This document shows, piece after piece, positions 25,861-38,823 of a stretch of DNA of 64,000 bases. Made by a program: the position numbers and the translations under genes. The stretch covers positions 3,040,001 to 3,104,000 of the forward strand of contig NC_087438.1 of the NCBI RefSeq assembly GCF_036321535.1, in the 5' to 3' direction. This stretch comes from Camelus dromedarius (Eukaryota). The notes beneath the pieces were generated by a model, which saw nothing but the letters and a program-made list of their open reading frames with translations, was not told the origin of the DNA and made no database searches. The first letter of the stretch is position 1. Each line of letters starts with the position of its first letter.

Positions 25861-27625
25861 GACACCCATGGGCAGCAAGATCTCAGTTCACGACAAACTG
25901 CTGCTAAACACATTTGAGCCTCTCCTGCAGTGGGATGGAGAGAAGGTTCTGAGATCACACCAAGGATGCTCCTGCATCTTCAGCTGAAAGTATTTCATTC
26001 AATTCAAGGCCATGCTTATTAGTTAAACATTTATACAGCCATCACATTTTTCAAGTTATGCCGTATTTGAGTGAAATGAATAGATTTGTAAACATTAACT
26101 GAGATCCTTGGATAAAGAAGTCTGATTCCGAAAGGGGGATGTCTTATTTAGTGACAGATATTTGCTGTTACTCCTCAGGCAGAGTTCAAAGGACTTAGCT
26201 GGTGGTCATTTCATGTCTGCCTCCTTGAACGCGCCACATATTTTATGATGTCTTCCGTGGGATTTGCCTTCCTGCCTCTGTAATGAAGTACGTTGGCTTG
26301 ATTTCTAGCAATATCTTTAAGTAGGTCATTAAGAAAAACGTTCATAGGAAGCAGAGGTCAATTCCAGGCCTTTCCCTTCCAGTTAAATTAGAAAGAGAAA
26401 CAGTTCTGAAATTTATCTACTGTGCTGTGACATTTTCTTTTAAGACATTCAGAACACTTTTCAAAATTGCAGTTACCAACACAAACATCATATATTATGT
26501 CCAGAGCATGCTTGACATCTTAAAATTATACATTGTTTCCTTAATATCCTTATTTTATGTTTTGAAGTGAAGCAATATATTTAAAAGAACACCCTGAAGC
26601 TTTTTTTTTCTTTTTTTGCATGATAACCAGTGAGTTAAGCTGAAATTTCTGGGACTCACATCTGATTCACTCATCTGGGAAGGCTTTTAAGGTTCGGTTC
26701 AGGTTTTGTGACCTGAGGTAGTATGCCACTATGAAGTTATTCTTGAAATATTACGAACATTTTCTTATTATGCACATCTTATTATGATCATTTTCCTTAG
26801 AATTTTCCTTGCTTTTTAATGATGAAGCACACAACTTTCTAACCAACACTTATATCTAAGCACCCAGGCGGATGGTCAGGAAATCTTGATCACCATTGAT
26901 GAATCAAACCATCTCATCCTCACATTTCCCCATCTGGCTTTGGAGAGGAAGATGATGGGGAGGAATTTGGAAATTGTGCAATAGTCATTCATCCAACTTT
27001 TTCTTTAGGAAACTTATATCCAGTTAATAAAGGCCAAATGTTCACAGTTACAAAAAGAACGGGCTTTGGATGTTCTATGGAAATATAGATTAGGGACAAG
27101 TTTGCAGGTAAACCTAGAATTTGTGTCTCTAGTGACACTTAGAGCTTGCTTCTTTTCCACAGAAGTTGAACTCGTGTGGTAATCAGTGGTGCCAAGGGCT
27201 GTCTACAGGGTCACTTGTTTATGGGAGGTAGAAAGCAAAGAGCAGGGATTCCACAGGTGATGCAATCTGCAGGTATTCAAGAACAGAGAGCAGCAAAGAA
27301 GACGGTGAAGTAGGTACCAAAGATTGCAACAGGAGAAACCAGACTACGCTCTGAGATGGGTGTGGCACCAGTTATGTCAGTGAAGCTGTGAGAATGACAA
27401 CGAATAACAGACATCACCGCCTTTAGAACAAGGAAGCTAGTCCAGGAAGGACAAACATGTGGATGACAAAGTAAAGGTTTAACTCTTTCTTAATGGTGAG
27501 ACAACAAAAATGGATTATTTAGAATAGTCTTTTGAAAGTATATATAGTAAATTACATGGTTTGTGACATTTTCATGACATTTTCATAAGAATATTAAATA
27601 AGTTACTTATGTTTCTATTCATCTA

Positions 27626-28033
27626 TGTTGTAGTCACCTCGTAAAGGCTGGATAAACACCCTCCGCACAATATGTGGTCTGGATGACCAGACGGGTGAGT
27701 CGTACGTGCCAAGAGGGTATAGTGTGATTACTCTCAGGATAAGGTTTTCTGGGGGAGGAGGGGCACTGCAGGCTCTGGAGCTGGTCCAGAAATGTCTCAA
27801 AAGAGTGAGTTGGGAGAACTGGTGTGACTTTACTGTGGTTAGTGAGTGGGGAGGATTCAGGGTTCCTGCTTGCGGGTTTGGCTTGCTTGTATGATTTGAA
27901 CTACCCACTTATATAAAAAGAGGGAGCATCTGGGCCTTTGTATTGACTTGCCCAGAGTGAGGGAACAGGGGAAGAGGGAAGGGTGGCGGTGGCGAGCTGT
28001 CAGCGTCAAAGTGGAGTCAGATGCTAGCATACA
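27626..28033 (-). mobile_element. ERVL-class solo LTR (MER74/LTR53-like)
   Basis: GC-richer ~400-bp block with TG...CA ends, and ATTACTCTCAGGATAAGGTTTTCTGGGG and AAGTGGAGTCAGA motifs. Confidence 0.45.
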
Positions 28034-29819
28034 CTATTCGTGGTGTTAAAGTGAATTGTAATTGACTTTCCATGAGTTTTCGAGAGTCTTGTCATATTTC
28101 TTGAGATAACTAATGATGTCCCATGGTTATTAAACCCCAGTTGGAAGTCCTCATTCCTGAACACCTCTAGAGTTTGGATTAGATGTTTCCAGTGGCAACC
28201 AAACACTTGAAAGTTAGTCTGTGCGACGTCAGAACTTGTCCTGGGAATGCTCTTTGGGAAGCGGGAGTGAATGGGGGACATGTCTGTGCTTTAGAAAACC
28301 TTAAAGACGGAGGGGAAAACTGCATAAATAAAACTCAGTTAAAATAGATAAACTCTGAATACCTGGCCTTTGTTTTGTCAAAATAGTTACCATAAAACTA
28401 AATGGAGAAATATAATGAGGATATCCTAAAAGGAGATAACACTGTATTTCATTCTGATGGGAAGAGGTACTACTGAAGACACCAGCATTCTCATCTTTTG
28501 AGAAATAATGCCATGAGAGAAAATAAACAAACAAAACGTTCACATGAGTAAAAATAGCAATACAAATACAGCACCAAAGACTTCGATTGCAAACAACACA
28601 AACCTAGCCCAACAGCAAATTGAACTTCCAAAATGGCAATTATATTTCTTCATAAGAAAGCTCTCAGTGGAAGACAGATGACTCTTAAAGAAATTAACAA
28701 AACTCCTAGGTTGTCCTGAAATTCTATCATGTATAGTAATATTCAGAGCAGCAATGTATACTTTTAAAGGCATAATCCATAAATGGTAGAAAGTGTAGAT
28801 TAGAAAAAACAATATTCCAAGTGCTAATTCGGCATGGTTCACTTTTTTAAATAAAGAAATAATATTTAATGACAAAACTGATATTTTAATTTTTTAAAAC
28901 AAATAATGTATCGTAGACTCAAATATAAAACCTGTAGCCATCAAAATATCCTCGTGACCACTCTTGAAAGATGTAATAAAAAAAGGTTTGAAGAGCCATG
29001 ATGAAGACAGACAGTAATCGGATTTTAAGTTCAGTGTCCTAGTTGTACAGTAAGTGAAAATAATTAAATTAATCTTTAAGTATTTTTATTTAATTATTTA
29101 GCCACAAAAGTCTTTGAATAAATTTCAACCTAAGTAAAACAGGTTTTTTGTTTGTTTGTTTGTTTTAATTTCCAAACACAGATAATCCATTTTGTGACAA
29201 TTGAGACCCTTTTTACAACTCTTGGATATAAAGCTCTAATACATTGACCAAATTAGACCATCTTTCAGGGTCTGAGCTTAATGCAAAGTCATGGTGTAAA
29301 TCCAAAGAATGCATAAGTGAATAAGAAACTGCCATTGAATATTCTATTTTTAGCTAGAATTTTAAACTGATTTTCCCAGATTCTTTCTTAGTGAACCCAC
29401 ATCAATTCGAGTAGGGCTCTTCCTGAATAAATGCAAATATATTCTACAGACGTATTCTAGCTACTGCCCTTTTACTTCTAATCTTCAATGATATGGATTT
29501 ATTTTAAGTGCTGATTGATTTATTAGATCTTTGTGAAAGGCACAGAAAATCAATACAAGAAAAATGAATTCAAAATATAAGTGGCCACACAAGATCTCGT
29601 GTGTCTAAGGCTATTATAGAGGGAAGTTTTGATATAAATTTAACTCAAAGGCTAAATTCTGCTTTATTCCAACCTTCTGTAAACTTTGTTCTTAACACAA
29701 TACATAATGGGAGGAGAAAGCAAAAGAACAAAATTGATTCTAACAAAGAAAGCTCTTTAAAGAGTAAAATCTATTTAATCTGGTCCATTTGAAAGTGTCA
29801 AACAGACATTTATTCTTTA

Positions 29820-30200
29820 AATTAATCATTTTATTCTGTGATAAATGTATATTCACATGCTGTTGTAAGAAATAATGCAAAGAAATGCTATGTATTCCTT
29901 ACCCAGCTCCCCCCCAGCGGTTGCATCTTGTAAAACTATGGTAAACATCACAGCCAGGATATTGACATTGGTGGTTCAAAAACAGAACATTTCAGTCACT
30001 GTGATGACCCATCTGTAACCACAACCACTTTCCTCCTGACACCCACACCCTCTCTAATAATTGGTAACAACTAATTTGCTCTCCTTGTTGACAATTTTCT
30101 TGGTTCAAGCATGCGATATAAACGAAATTATACAGAATGTAACTGTTTGGAATTATCACTTTATATTCGGCATAATTCTCTGGAAATCCAGCCGGGTTGC
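29820..30200 (-). mobile_element. L1MC-type 3' end
   Basis: ATTCACATGCTGTTGTAAGAAATAAT..CATCTTGTAAAACTAT..CACAGCCAGGATATTGACATTG. Same family as the element at 22.5 kb. Confidence 0.7.
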
Positions 30201-30404
30201 TGAGTATGCCCCTGTGGGTAAGGTGCCGTGTCCCTCCTACTATTTCAGGATGATTTCTTTGTCTTTAGTTTTCTAGTGTTTAATTGTGATGTGCCTTAGC
30301 ATGAACATTTTTAGGTTTATCCTCTTTGCACTTCATTTGGCTCCTTCAATCTATAGGTTTGTGTCTCCTTTCAAACATGGGAGGTTATCTGCAATTATTT
30401 CTTT

Positions 30405-31723
30405 TTTTTTATTGAGCTATAGTCAGTTTACAAATGTTGTGTCAATTTCTGGTGCACAGCACAATTCTTCAGTCATACATGAATACACATATATTCATTT
30501 TCATATTCTTTTTCACCATGAGCTGCTAAAGATATTGGATATATTTCCCTGTGCTATATAGTATGAACTTGTTTATCTATTTTATATATACATCTCAGTA
30601 TCTGCAAATCTCTAATCCCCAGTTTATCCCTTCCCACCCTCCTCCCCCCTGGCAACCACAAGTCTGTATTCTGTCTGTGAGTCTGTTTCTGTTTTATACG
30701 TAAGTTCATTTGTTTCTTTTCTTTTCTTTTCTTGTTTTTTTTATTTTTTAGATTCCACATATGAGTGATATCATATGGTATTTTTCTTTCTCTTTCTGGC
30801 TTATTTCACTTAGAATGATATTCTCCAGGGACATCCATGTTGCTGCAAATGGCATTATGTTGTCATTTTTCTATCTGAATAATATTCCATTATATAAATA
30901 TACCACCTCTTTATCCAGTTATCTGTCAATGCACATTTAGGTTGTTTCCATGTCTTGGTTATTGTAAATAGTGCTGCTTGGAACATTGGGGTGCAGATGT
31001 ATTTATGAATTAGGGTTCCTTCTGGATATATGCCCAGGAGTGGGATTGCTGGGTCATATGGTAAGACTATTTTCAGTCTTTTGAGGAATCTCTATACTGT
31101 TTTCCACAATGGCTACACTAAAATACATTCCCACCAACAGTGTAGGAGGGTTCCCTTTTCTCCACATCCTCTCCAGCATTTACCATTTGTGGACTTTTAA
31201 ATGACAGCCATTGTGACTGGTGTGAGGTGATACCTCATTGTTGTTTTGATTTGCATTTCTCTGATAATTAGTGATATTGAGCATTTTTTCATGTGCCTAT
31301 TGGTCATTCATGTCTTCATTGGAGAATTACTTGTTTAGCTTTTCCGCCCATTTTTGTTTTTTTCTTATTAAATCATATGGGTTATTTATATATTCTGGAA
31401 ATCAAGCCCTTGTCAATTTTATCTTTTGCAAATATTTTTCCCATTCTGTAGGTTGTCGTTTTGTTTTGCTTATGGTTTCTTTTGTTGTGCAAAAGCTTGT
31501 AAGTTTACTTAGGTCCCATTTGTTTATTTTTGCTTTTATTTCTATTGTTTGGGTAGACTGCCCTAGGAGAACATTGCTGAGATGTATGTCAGATAATGTT
31601 TTGCCTATGTTTTCTCCTAGGAGGTTTATTGTGTCTTGTCTTGTGTTTAAGTCTTTAATCTATTCATTTTGAGTTTATTTTTGTGTATGATGTGAGGGAG
31701 TATTCTAGCTTCACTGATTTACA
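30405..31723 (-). mobile_element. Young camelid-type L1, 1.3 kb 5'-truncated (3' UTR plus ORF2 C-terminus)
   Basis: T-tail, camelid-type L1 3' UTR and antisense ORF2 end, with a perfect 15-bp TSD TGCAATTATTTCTTT (30390-30404, 31724-31738). Confidence 0.92.
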
Positions 31724-34700
31724 TGCAATTATTTCTTTAAGAGTTTTTCAAGTCCTTCTAGCTTAACTGATTCCAGGTCTCTGATGAGTCAAATGTCAAG
31801 TCCTTTGTTCCCTTAGGCACTATTTTCTTTTTCATTAAGTCTTTTTCTCTCTGCTGTTCAGATTGGGTATTGAAAATCAACAACATAATTGTAGAGCTTG
31901 AAGAGATGTTTAACTGGTGTAGGACTCTTGACCCTGGCCTTTGGGGAGAACAAGCATTTTGTGTGTGTTGCATTTTTTCTGGGGAAATATTCATAAAGCT
32001 CATTTCTTTCTCAGAAAGATCCCCACTGCCCTTATCCCTGTATGCCAACCTCCTCTTTTCAGAACTGAGGATTCCTTCCAGTTTCCGTTCTTTAATCGCA
32101 GTCCCAATGCCCTTTCCTTGCCTGTGGAGTTATTTGTTGAAAATGCACAGGACGTTTAAGGAAGGCAGACATGTCACCACGTCAAGCTAGAAGACTGGAG
32201 TGAGTGTTGCTCATCACAAGCAGATCCATATTTAGGAACAAATAATCCTCAAACTTGGAGGCATGATGTACTGTGATTGCTGAGGATGGTAAGGAGGTGT
32301 TGAATGGATAACAAACACCAAGTGTAAGAGCTCCCCTGGTAAAGACAAGTTCATGTCTTCTGGTCCACCCCTACACATGTGGCTCCAGCCTTGCCAAGCT
32401 CCCTGCAAGTCCCTGAAAGCACCACATGCTCTCTTCCTGGGTGCTGCACAGGTGATTCCATCATCACCAACTTCCATTTCCTCATTTCAATGTGTCAGAA
32501 ATTGAGTAAGAAAGTGTAGTCCTGGGAGAAGCCCGGACTGTTGCTCTCTAGGGGAAATTGACTTTTATAAACACTACAGTCTATTATTCAGAAGAGGAAC
32601 TATAAACAATTTAGAACTTCATCTTGGTTCATCATAAGAAACATTTTGTATTTCATATAATGCTTCTAACAATCACAGGGCAAACTGCTCTGGAATATTC
32701 TTATAAGCACTAGGGTAAACTTGCTGTGTATAGCAATATGATGGATTTCAATGTATAGCACTCATATGACATAATGAAATTATAAGGAATAATTCATTCA
32801 CCTAAAATCCTGTGCTTCTGTTTAAAAGGCATTGGGTAATTTGGAATTTGGTGATTATTAAAAGTGCACAAGAATATTTTTTCCTTTACCTCTGTGGAAG
32901 TATATATTATTTTGAATTCTGAAAATAGAATGAATGATGAGATTTTAAAATAAAAGGAAAGGGGTAACCGATAAAGAACAGAAAATATTTAAGCAAAACA
33001 GAAGAAAAATAACTATTCTGAGTGAATTATTTTAAAAGTGTTCTTTCAGTTAAGTAATTCAGGAATGGCTTAGGGAATTCCAGAATAAAGCTTTTCTGAA
33101 GAGGGGTGTTTTTCAAAATTTTATGTGGAAATTCTCTGAATATATGCCATACATCAATAGACAGATTTAAATGCACACTTAATTTATAACTACATATATA
33201 TATCTTTATATCTATCCATGTGCGAGAGAGGAGACTAAATACATGTGGTGTGCCCTGCTAAGTTGAAGGGTTGAGGGATCATAGGTGCTGTCCCATTTTT
33301 CCTTGATGCTTTTCTGTGATTTCCCAGTTCTTTCTTTTTTATGACTTTCAATTGTGCACATATTATTTTTGCATTCAGAAAAGGATATTTAAAAGTCAAT
33401 ATTTTATTTTAATGACTCTCCAAAGTGTGACCAACTGCAGTGTTGCAGAAATGGGTAATTAATATATAAAAGTACTTATGGAGCATGGAATAAAGAAAAG
33501 TGAAAAAGTAACTGGCCATTGGCATCTATGGATTCTTGATGAATTTAAATGTATAGCACTTATGAAAAATAATACATTTGTTAATGAATTATTCATTCAC
33601 TGGTAGCCTTGTGCTACTGTTTAGAAGACACTGAGTAATTTAAAATTTGGGCAATAAAAATGCACAAGAATAAAATTTGTTTGTCTGAAAACTGCTTGAA
33701 ACTGTTCATTCTGAAAATTTAAAATGAGCTGAAAAGTTTAGCATCCAGAGCACAGCCATGGTACACTCAGTTCATGGCACAGAGCCTGTGGGTAGCTGAT
33801 CTGAGCAGGCTCCTTGGGTTCCAAGGTAGCAGCTAAGCTAAAATTCAAACAAAGGTTATGTGAAGCTTTCAAGTTGAAATTCACATTGTAGGAGCACACT
33901 GGGAAGGGTACTTTGGTTTTGTCATAGTATTAATTTTACTTTTGATTATAAAAAAGTTATAAGACCAACTGAATGATCAAGAATTAAACAAAACTGAAAA
34001 TGTGTTCTCCATTTAAGAAGCATGACAGTTTGGAGCATGTGTGTGTAAATGGGTGTGAGTCACACTAGCATTTACTTCCTTACTGTAGTATTATAGATGA
34101 TTGCTTTATAATTTTATAATATAATCATTTGTGGCATTATATTATAGTATAGCATGATATTATAAATATAACCCAAGAAGCTGTTATAAGGCTTAATTCT
34201 AGAACAAGTCTTGTTTTTGCTTTTTTTTTTTTTTTTTAAATAAAAGTGCATCTAACGTGCAACGTGGCATTAAGTTGAGGGGAAGGAGCCTCTGCTGGGC
34301 CAGGACATGTTGGATCAGATAGTCGTTGAGCAATTAAATATGTTAAACAGAATATGAATAGGAGTTTTATTTTCTGCATTCTATAAAAGTGGATCATTGT
34401 AAAATACCAGCATCTATACTGAAGCAAAATGGTTTAGATGCCCTTAAAAATTTATGGGAGATGTAAGGCAGGGCTGAAGGAGGACATGGCAGACGAAGCA
34501 CAACTAGACGAATTCCTTGGGATTAATGCTGCTAGTCAAAGATGGTGCAAGTGAACACCTACGTTCATACCCATCATTGCACATACACGTGGATACTTTA
34601 CTTTGATGCACTCAGGGTGGTGGGGGTGGTTTGGTAAATGCTCTCAGAGAAGGAGAAATGTCCACTCAAGAGAGTTTTGATGCTTTTGATGCACAGTAGG

Positions 34701-34837
34701 ACAATGACGAAAGTTTGTTCAGAAAGAAAAGCATGAATATTCAGGAATAAACCAAGTGACTTACCTGTCTTCAGAATGCGACTCAGGACTTGTTGGTGAA
34801 TATGTTATAAATAACAAACCCATAACCCAATAACGAT

Positions 34838-35271
34838 TGTATCTGCCTTCTATTTCTATCTAACAAATCAAAACAAACTTGGTGGCTCAAAACCATTTTA
34901 ATGTCTTATATTTCTGGAGACCAGAAGTCTGCACTCAATTTTTCTGGGTTACAGTCAAAGTGTCCACAGATGAGGTCCTTCTGGAGCCTCCAGAGGATTG
35001 TTTCTTTACTTTTCCTGGCCCTGGGTGCTGCCTGCAGTCCCGGGATTATGACCATTCCCTGCATCTCTTCAACCTCTTGCTTCCATCATTGCATCACCTT
35101 CTCTTCTGAGGTCAAATCTCCCTCTGTCTCCCTCTTGCAAGGACACCTGTGGCAAGGACACATATGGGCACCTGTATACCCCAGGGCACTCTTCTCATTT
35201 TGCAATACAAGGTAATATCCAGAGATTCTGGGGCCTGAGATGAGTTATCTTCAGATCATTTGGTCTACCAT
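34838..35271 (-). mobile_element. MLT1D/E-like solo LTR
   Basis: TAACAAAT..AAACTTGGTGGCT..TTCTGGAGACCAGAAGTC..CCTTCTGGAGCCTCCAG motifs. Confidence 0.7.
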
Positions 35272-37440
35272 AACCATAAAAGAAACTGAATTAGTAATAA
35301 AATTTTTCCGCTTCCCCTCGCTCCACTAAATCTCACCATAAAAATATATCCATCCCATAAAATTTTACAGCCAAAAATGTTTAATCCATTCAAGGAAACA
35401 GATAATCCATATTTCATTTTTTTACCAAATATTCAAAATCTAGGGAAAAAATGAGCACTACCTAATTCAAATTTTAAGGCTGTTATAAATGATCTAAAAC
35501 TTTACATAAAAATATGTAAGAATCTTCAAAAACTAATCTTTCTATGAATACAGATGCAAAAATTAATTAAAATGCAACAAAGTCAGCTATATCTAAGAAA
35601 TGCAGATACAGTTAAGCATCAGAAAGTCTATTCATATTATACACTAAATTAGAAGTTTAACAGAAAATTACCTTTGATCATCTTAAAGATGCACAAAACA
35701 CTTAATAAAATTCCTTGTCCATTTATGATACAAGTAGCAAATTAAAAATAAAATATAACTTCATAACCTGATAAATATTTATCTCACTATCTAAAAGAAA
35801 AAAACAAAGCATATAGACAAGAAAATTATAGACAATAAACACAACCAAAAGACAAGAGAAAGAAGCCTGATTTTACTAGAAATCAAGGAACTGCAAGTAA
35901 AAACCACAGCGAGGAACTGGCATAGTCTTTAGATTAGGAAAATTATAAATACCTAATATTGCCAACATCACCAAGAATGATGAAAAAACAGTGAATTACA
36001 TAGATGTCAGGGAGTCTACATTAATGAATGATGTTGAGAGCAATTTAGGAGCTCAGCTGTGATTACCATTAAGTCCCCTCCTTCTGGTTCTAGTTGAGCC
36101 TGTCTTGGCCCCGGTGTGTCTCCTTTCATGCCCCTATCCCCTGAACATCTGTTTGCATCCTCCCCTGCCATGTTCCTGGAACAACAAAGGGTTGTCCTCA
36201 GGTGATGTCTCAACCATTTATTCCTTCCTCATCACTCCTTTGTCCTTGAAAGGGAAGACCTTCCTCTCTTTCCCTCCCTCAGGATTGCTCATCTCTTCAG
36301 ACTGAATATCTTCTCCACTTCACATCACCTCTTAGGTTTCCCTCTACTTTTCCATCAGAAAGGAAAAGAAGCTTTGTGGATTTCAGTCTTTGTTTCTCAC
36401 GGTGGCCAGTACATTCTTAGAATGTTTGCTTGGTGGAATTGGAGCAACAAAGAGACTAGGATTACAGGGACAGAAAGCAGGGGCTGGAAATAGGAAAACA
36501 GAGCACTCTGTGTCTTAGTCTGTTCAGGCTGCTAAAACAGAGTACCAGAGACTGGTGGCTTATAAGCAACAGGAATGAATTTCTCATAGTTTCTGAGGCT
36601 ACGGTGTCCAAGATCCAGGCTCCAGATAAGGTATCTGGTGAGGGCCTCCTGGTTCATTGCATCCTTACATGGCAGAAAGGGTTTCTTTTATGAGTATCGA
36701 TCCCACCCATGGGGGCTCCACTCTCCTGACCCAATCACCTTCCAGAGATCCCACTTCCTGATAACATCCCATTAGGGGTTAGGTTTCCACATATGAATTC
36801 TGGAGGGACACAAACACTGTACTCCAGCTTCCCAACATACGCCTGCCACCACACTAGCAAAGCTGAAGATGAGCATCATTTAAAGGGAGAAGTGTGTGGG
36901 GAGAGATGGAAAGCCATATCCATTGTAGTACTTGTGTTATATTGCATTAGCAAAAGCAAAATATGGAAACAATGTACGTCTTTTAGTAGGAGAATGAATA
37001 GCTGCATGGTAGCACGTTCATATGTGAGAACAATACACAGTTCAAACTCCTGAGCTAGCACTGGATGTATCAACATGGGTATGTGCAAAAACAAACAAAC
37101 AAACAAACAACAACAAAAGAAACTTTGATGTTGAGCAAAATACAGAGGTTGGAGACATATATGCATGATATAATGCCATTTATATAATTTCAAAAATACA
37201 AATATATAATGTATTAATATGGAAATAAGTACAGGCAGCATAAACACAAAAATTAAGAGAGCAGTTTCATCTGGGAGGAGAAACAGCGCTGGGAGTGAGA
37301 AGAGGGTGCACAGAGCCTTTCAATTCCTTCCCTGTGTGGTTTGTTCTTCTTAAGAAAATACCTGAAGTAAATATATAAAAATGTTAAGTTTTGTTAAGGT
37401 TTGGTGGAAAGTACATGTTTTTCACTACAGTATTCTTTAT
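35272..37440 (+). mobile_element. Ancient L1ME ORF2/3' fragments, interrupted by other inserts
   Basis: A-rich decayed ORF2 motifs (ATGAATACAGATGCAAAAAT, GATCATCT..AGATGCA) and an L1ME-like 3' end near 37.0-37.4 kb. Confidence 0.5.
36511..36818 (-). mobile_element. MLT1A-like solo LTR
   Basis: TGTCTTAGTCTGTTCAGGCTGCTA..ACTGGTGGCTTATAAGCAACAG..ACATATGAATTCTGGAGGGACACAAAC. Confidence 0.85.
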
Positions 37441-38575
37441 TCTCCCCAGTAAAACGTCCATGACAACAGCTGTCCCAACAAACTCAAACTCAGGGAGAGA
37501 GTGGCTGCTGGGGCATGAGTTCCAGTGAGGTTTTCTTTCTTTGTTTTTGTTTTTTCTCTGATTCCTGCTCTTTGTCTTTTTTCTTCCATTTTGGTAGCAA
37601 AGATATGTATCTATTTAATCATCACAATGGAAAGAACCAAAGGAAAGAAAGAGGAAGAAAGAAGAAGCTAGAGAGAGAGGAGTTACCCAAGGCGCTTTGT
37701 CTAGAGAGAGGCTGAGCTGGAAGCATGAGATGCGAGGATGAGACAGGAGGACAGTTTCCCTTCCAGTTTCAGATTCTTACTTTGGAATAAAGAGGGCAAT
37801 CTCTCCTCTCTTCTGGGAAAACACCCAAGAGCAACAGGACCACAGGAAGCCATATGCAAACTCCCTATTTGATGAACGTAGGAGACATCTGCAAACCCGA
37901 ACCACAGAATGTGAGGAGGGGATGCCAAGTGTTGAGCAGGCAAAGGATACAGAAGATGCTGAGGGCGGGACTCAAGACAGCAAAGCTCAGGCTGCTGGCA
38001 TACTGCCATTCCAAGTGAGTGGTCGCTCTGTGGGGAAAATACGCAATCCCTCTTGAGCACACAGGTGGTAGAATCACCTGTGAGAATCAGTGACTATAGC
38101 TTGGTGTGGTTTCAGGAAACAGGAAGATGGGGATAAACATGGAAGCAGGAAGTCCAGACCTTGGTTGTCTTTGCAGGCAGCCATCTGCCATGGTGAAAGG
38201 ATAAACTGAGCATCCCTGCATGGTGAAAAGCTGTCACTTTGTTGTGCAGAATTTGGGGAGGAGAAAGGCTAACAGAACTCACTCCCACACATACCTCTGC
38301 ACCATTAGGAGACTCACTCAAGGTCATGTCCTGACCTCTCCCAGCAATGATTCTCCAGCACACTCTAGTGCAGGAAAACTAGCCTAATTCAAATATGAGT
38401 CAAAATCAAAGAAGACCAGTCATCGTACTAGGTGCTACACACATATTGTAAGAGAAAAGGAGGAGTGGGGCAGGAAATAAACACAGGCAAAGAACTCCAA
38501 CCAGCAGGAGGCTGCCACTGGGAAAAAGAAATTAGACCAAAAATACTGACAGCTGGCACATGTATAGTTCTTAAC

Positions 38576-38741
38576 CAGTGAGGCTGGAGCTGGCTTTACT
38601 GCTCGAGAGCAGATGCCCATGTTTCTCCCCACCTTTAGGTTCAGTGATGTTGCCATGAGTGGCAGCTGGGAACTGGTCTTGGTGAAGGTTTACAGCATAA
38701 AAACTGGCATATGTTGCAGATAAAGATATTTTATTTGTTTG

Positions 38742-38775
<34 letters not shown>

Positions 38776-38823
38776 TTTCCTTTGGAAAACTGGCTGTTGT
38801 AATTATTTACCAGCACATCATTG
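38576..38823. mobile_element. MER63-like hAT-Blackjack DNA transposon
   Basis: The ends CAGTGAGGCTGGAGCTGGCT and TTTACCAGCACATCATTG resemble MER63 terminal inverted repeats. Confidence 0.6.
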
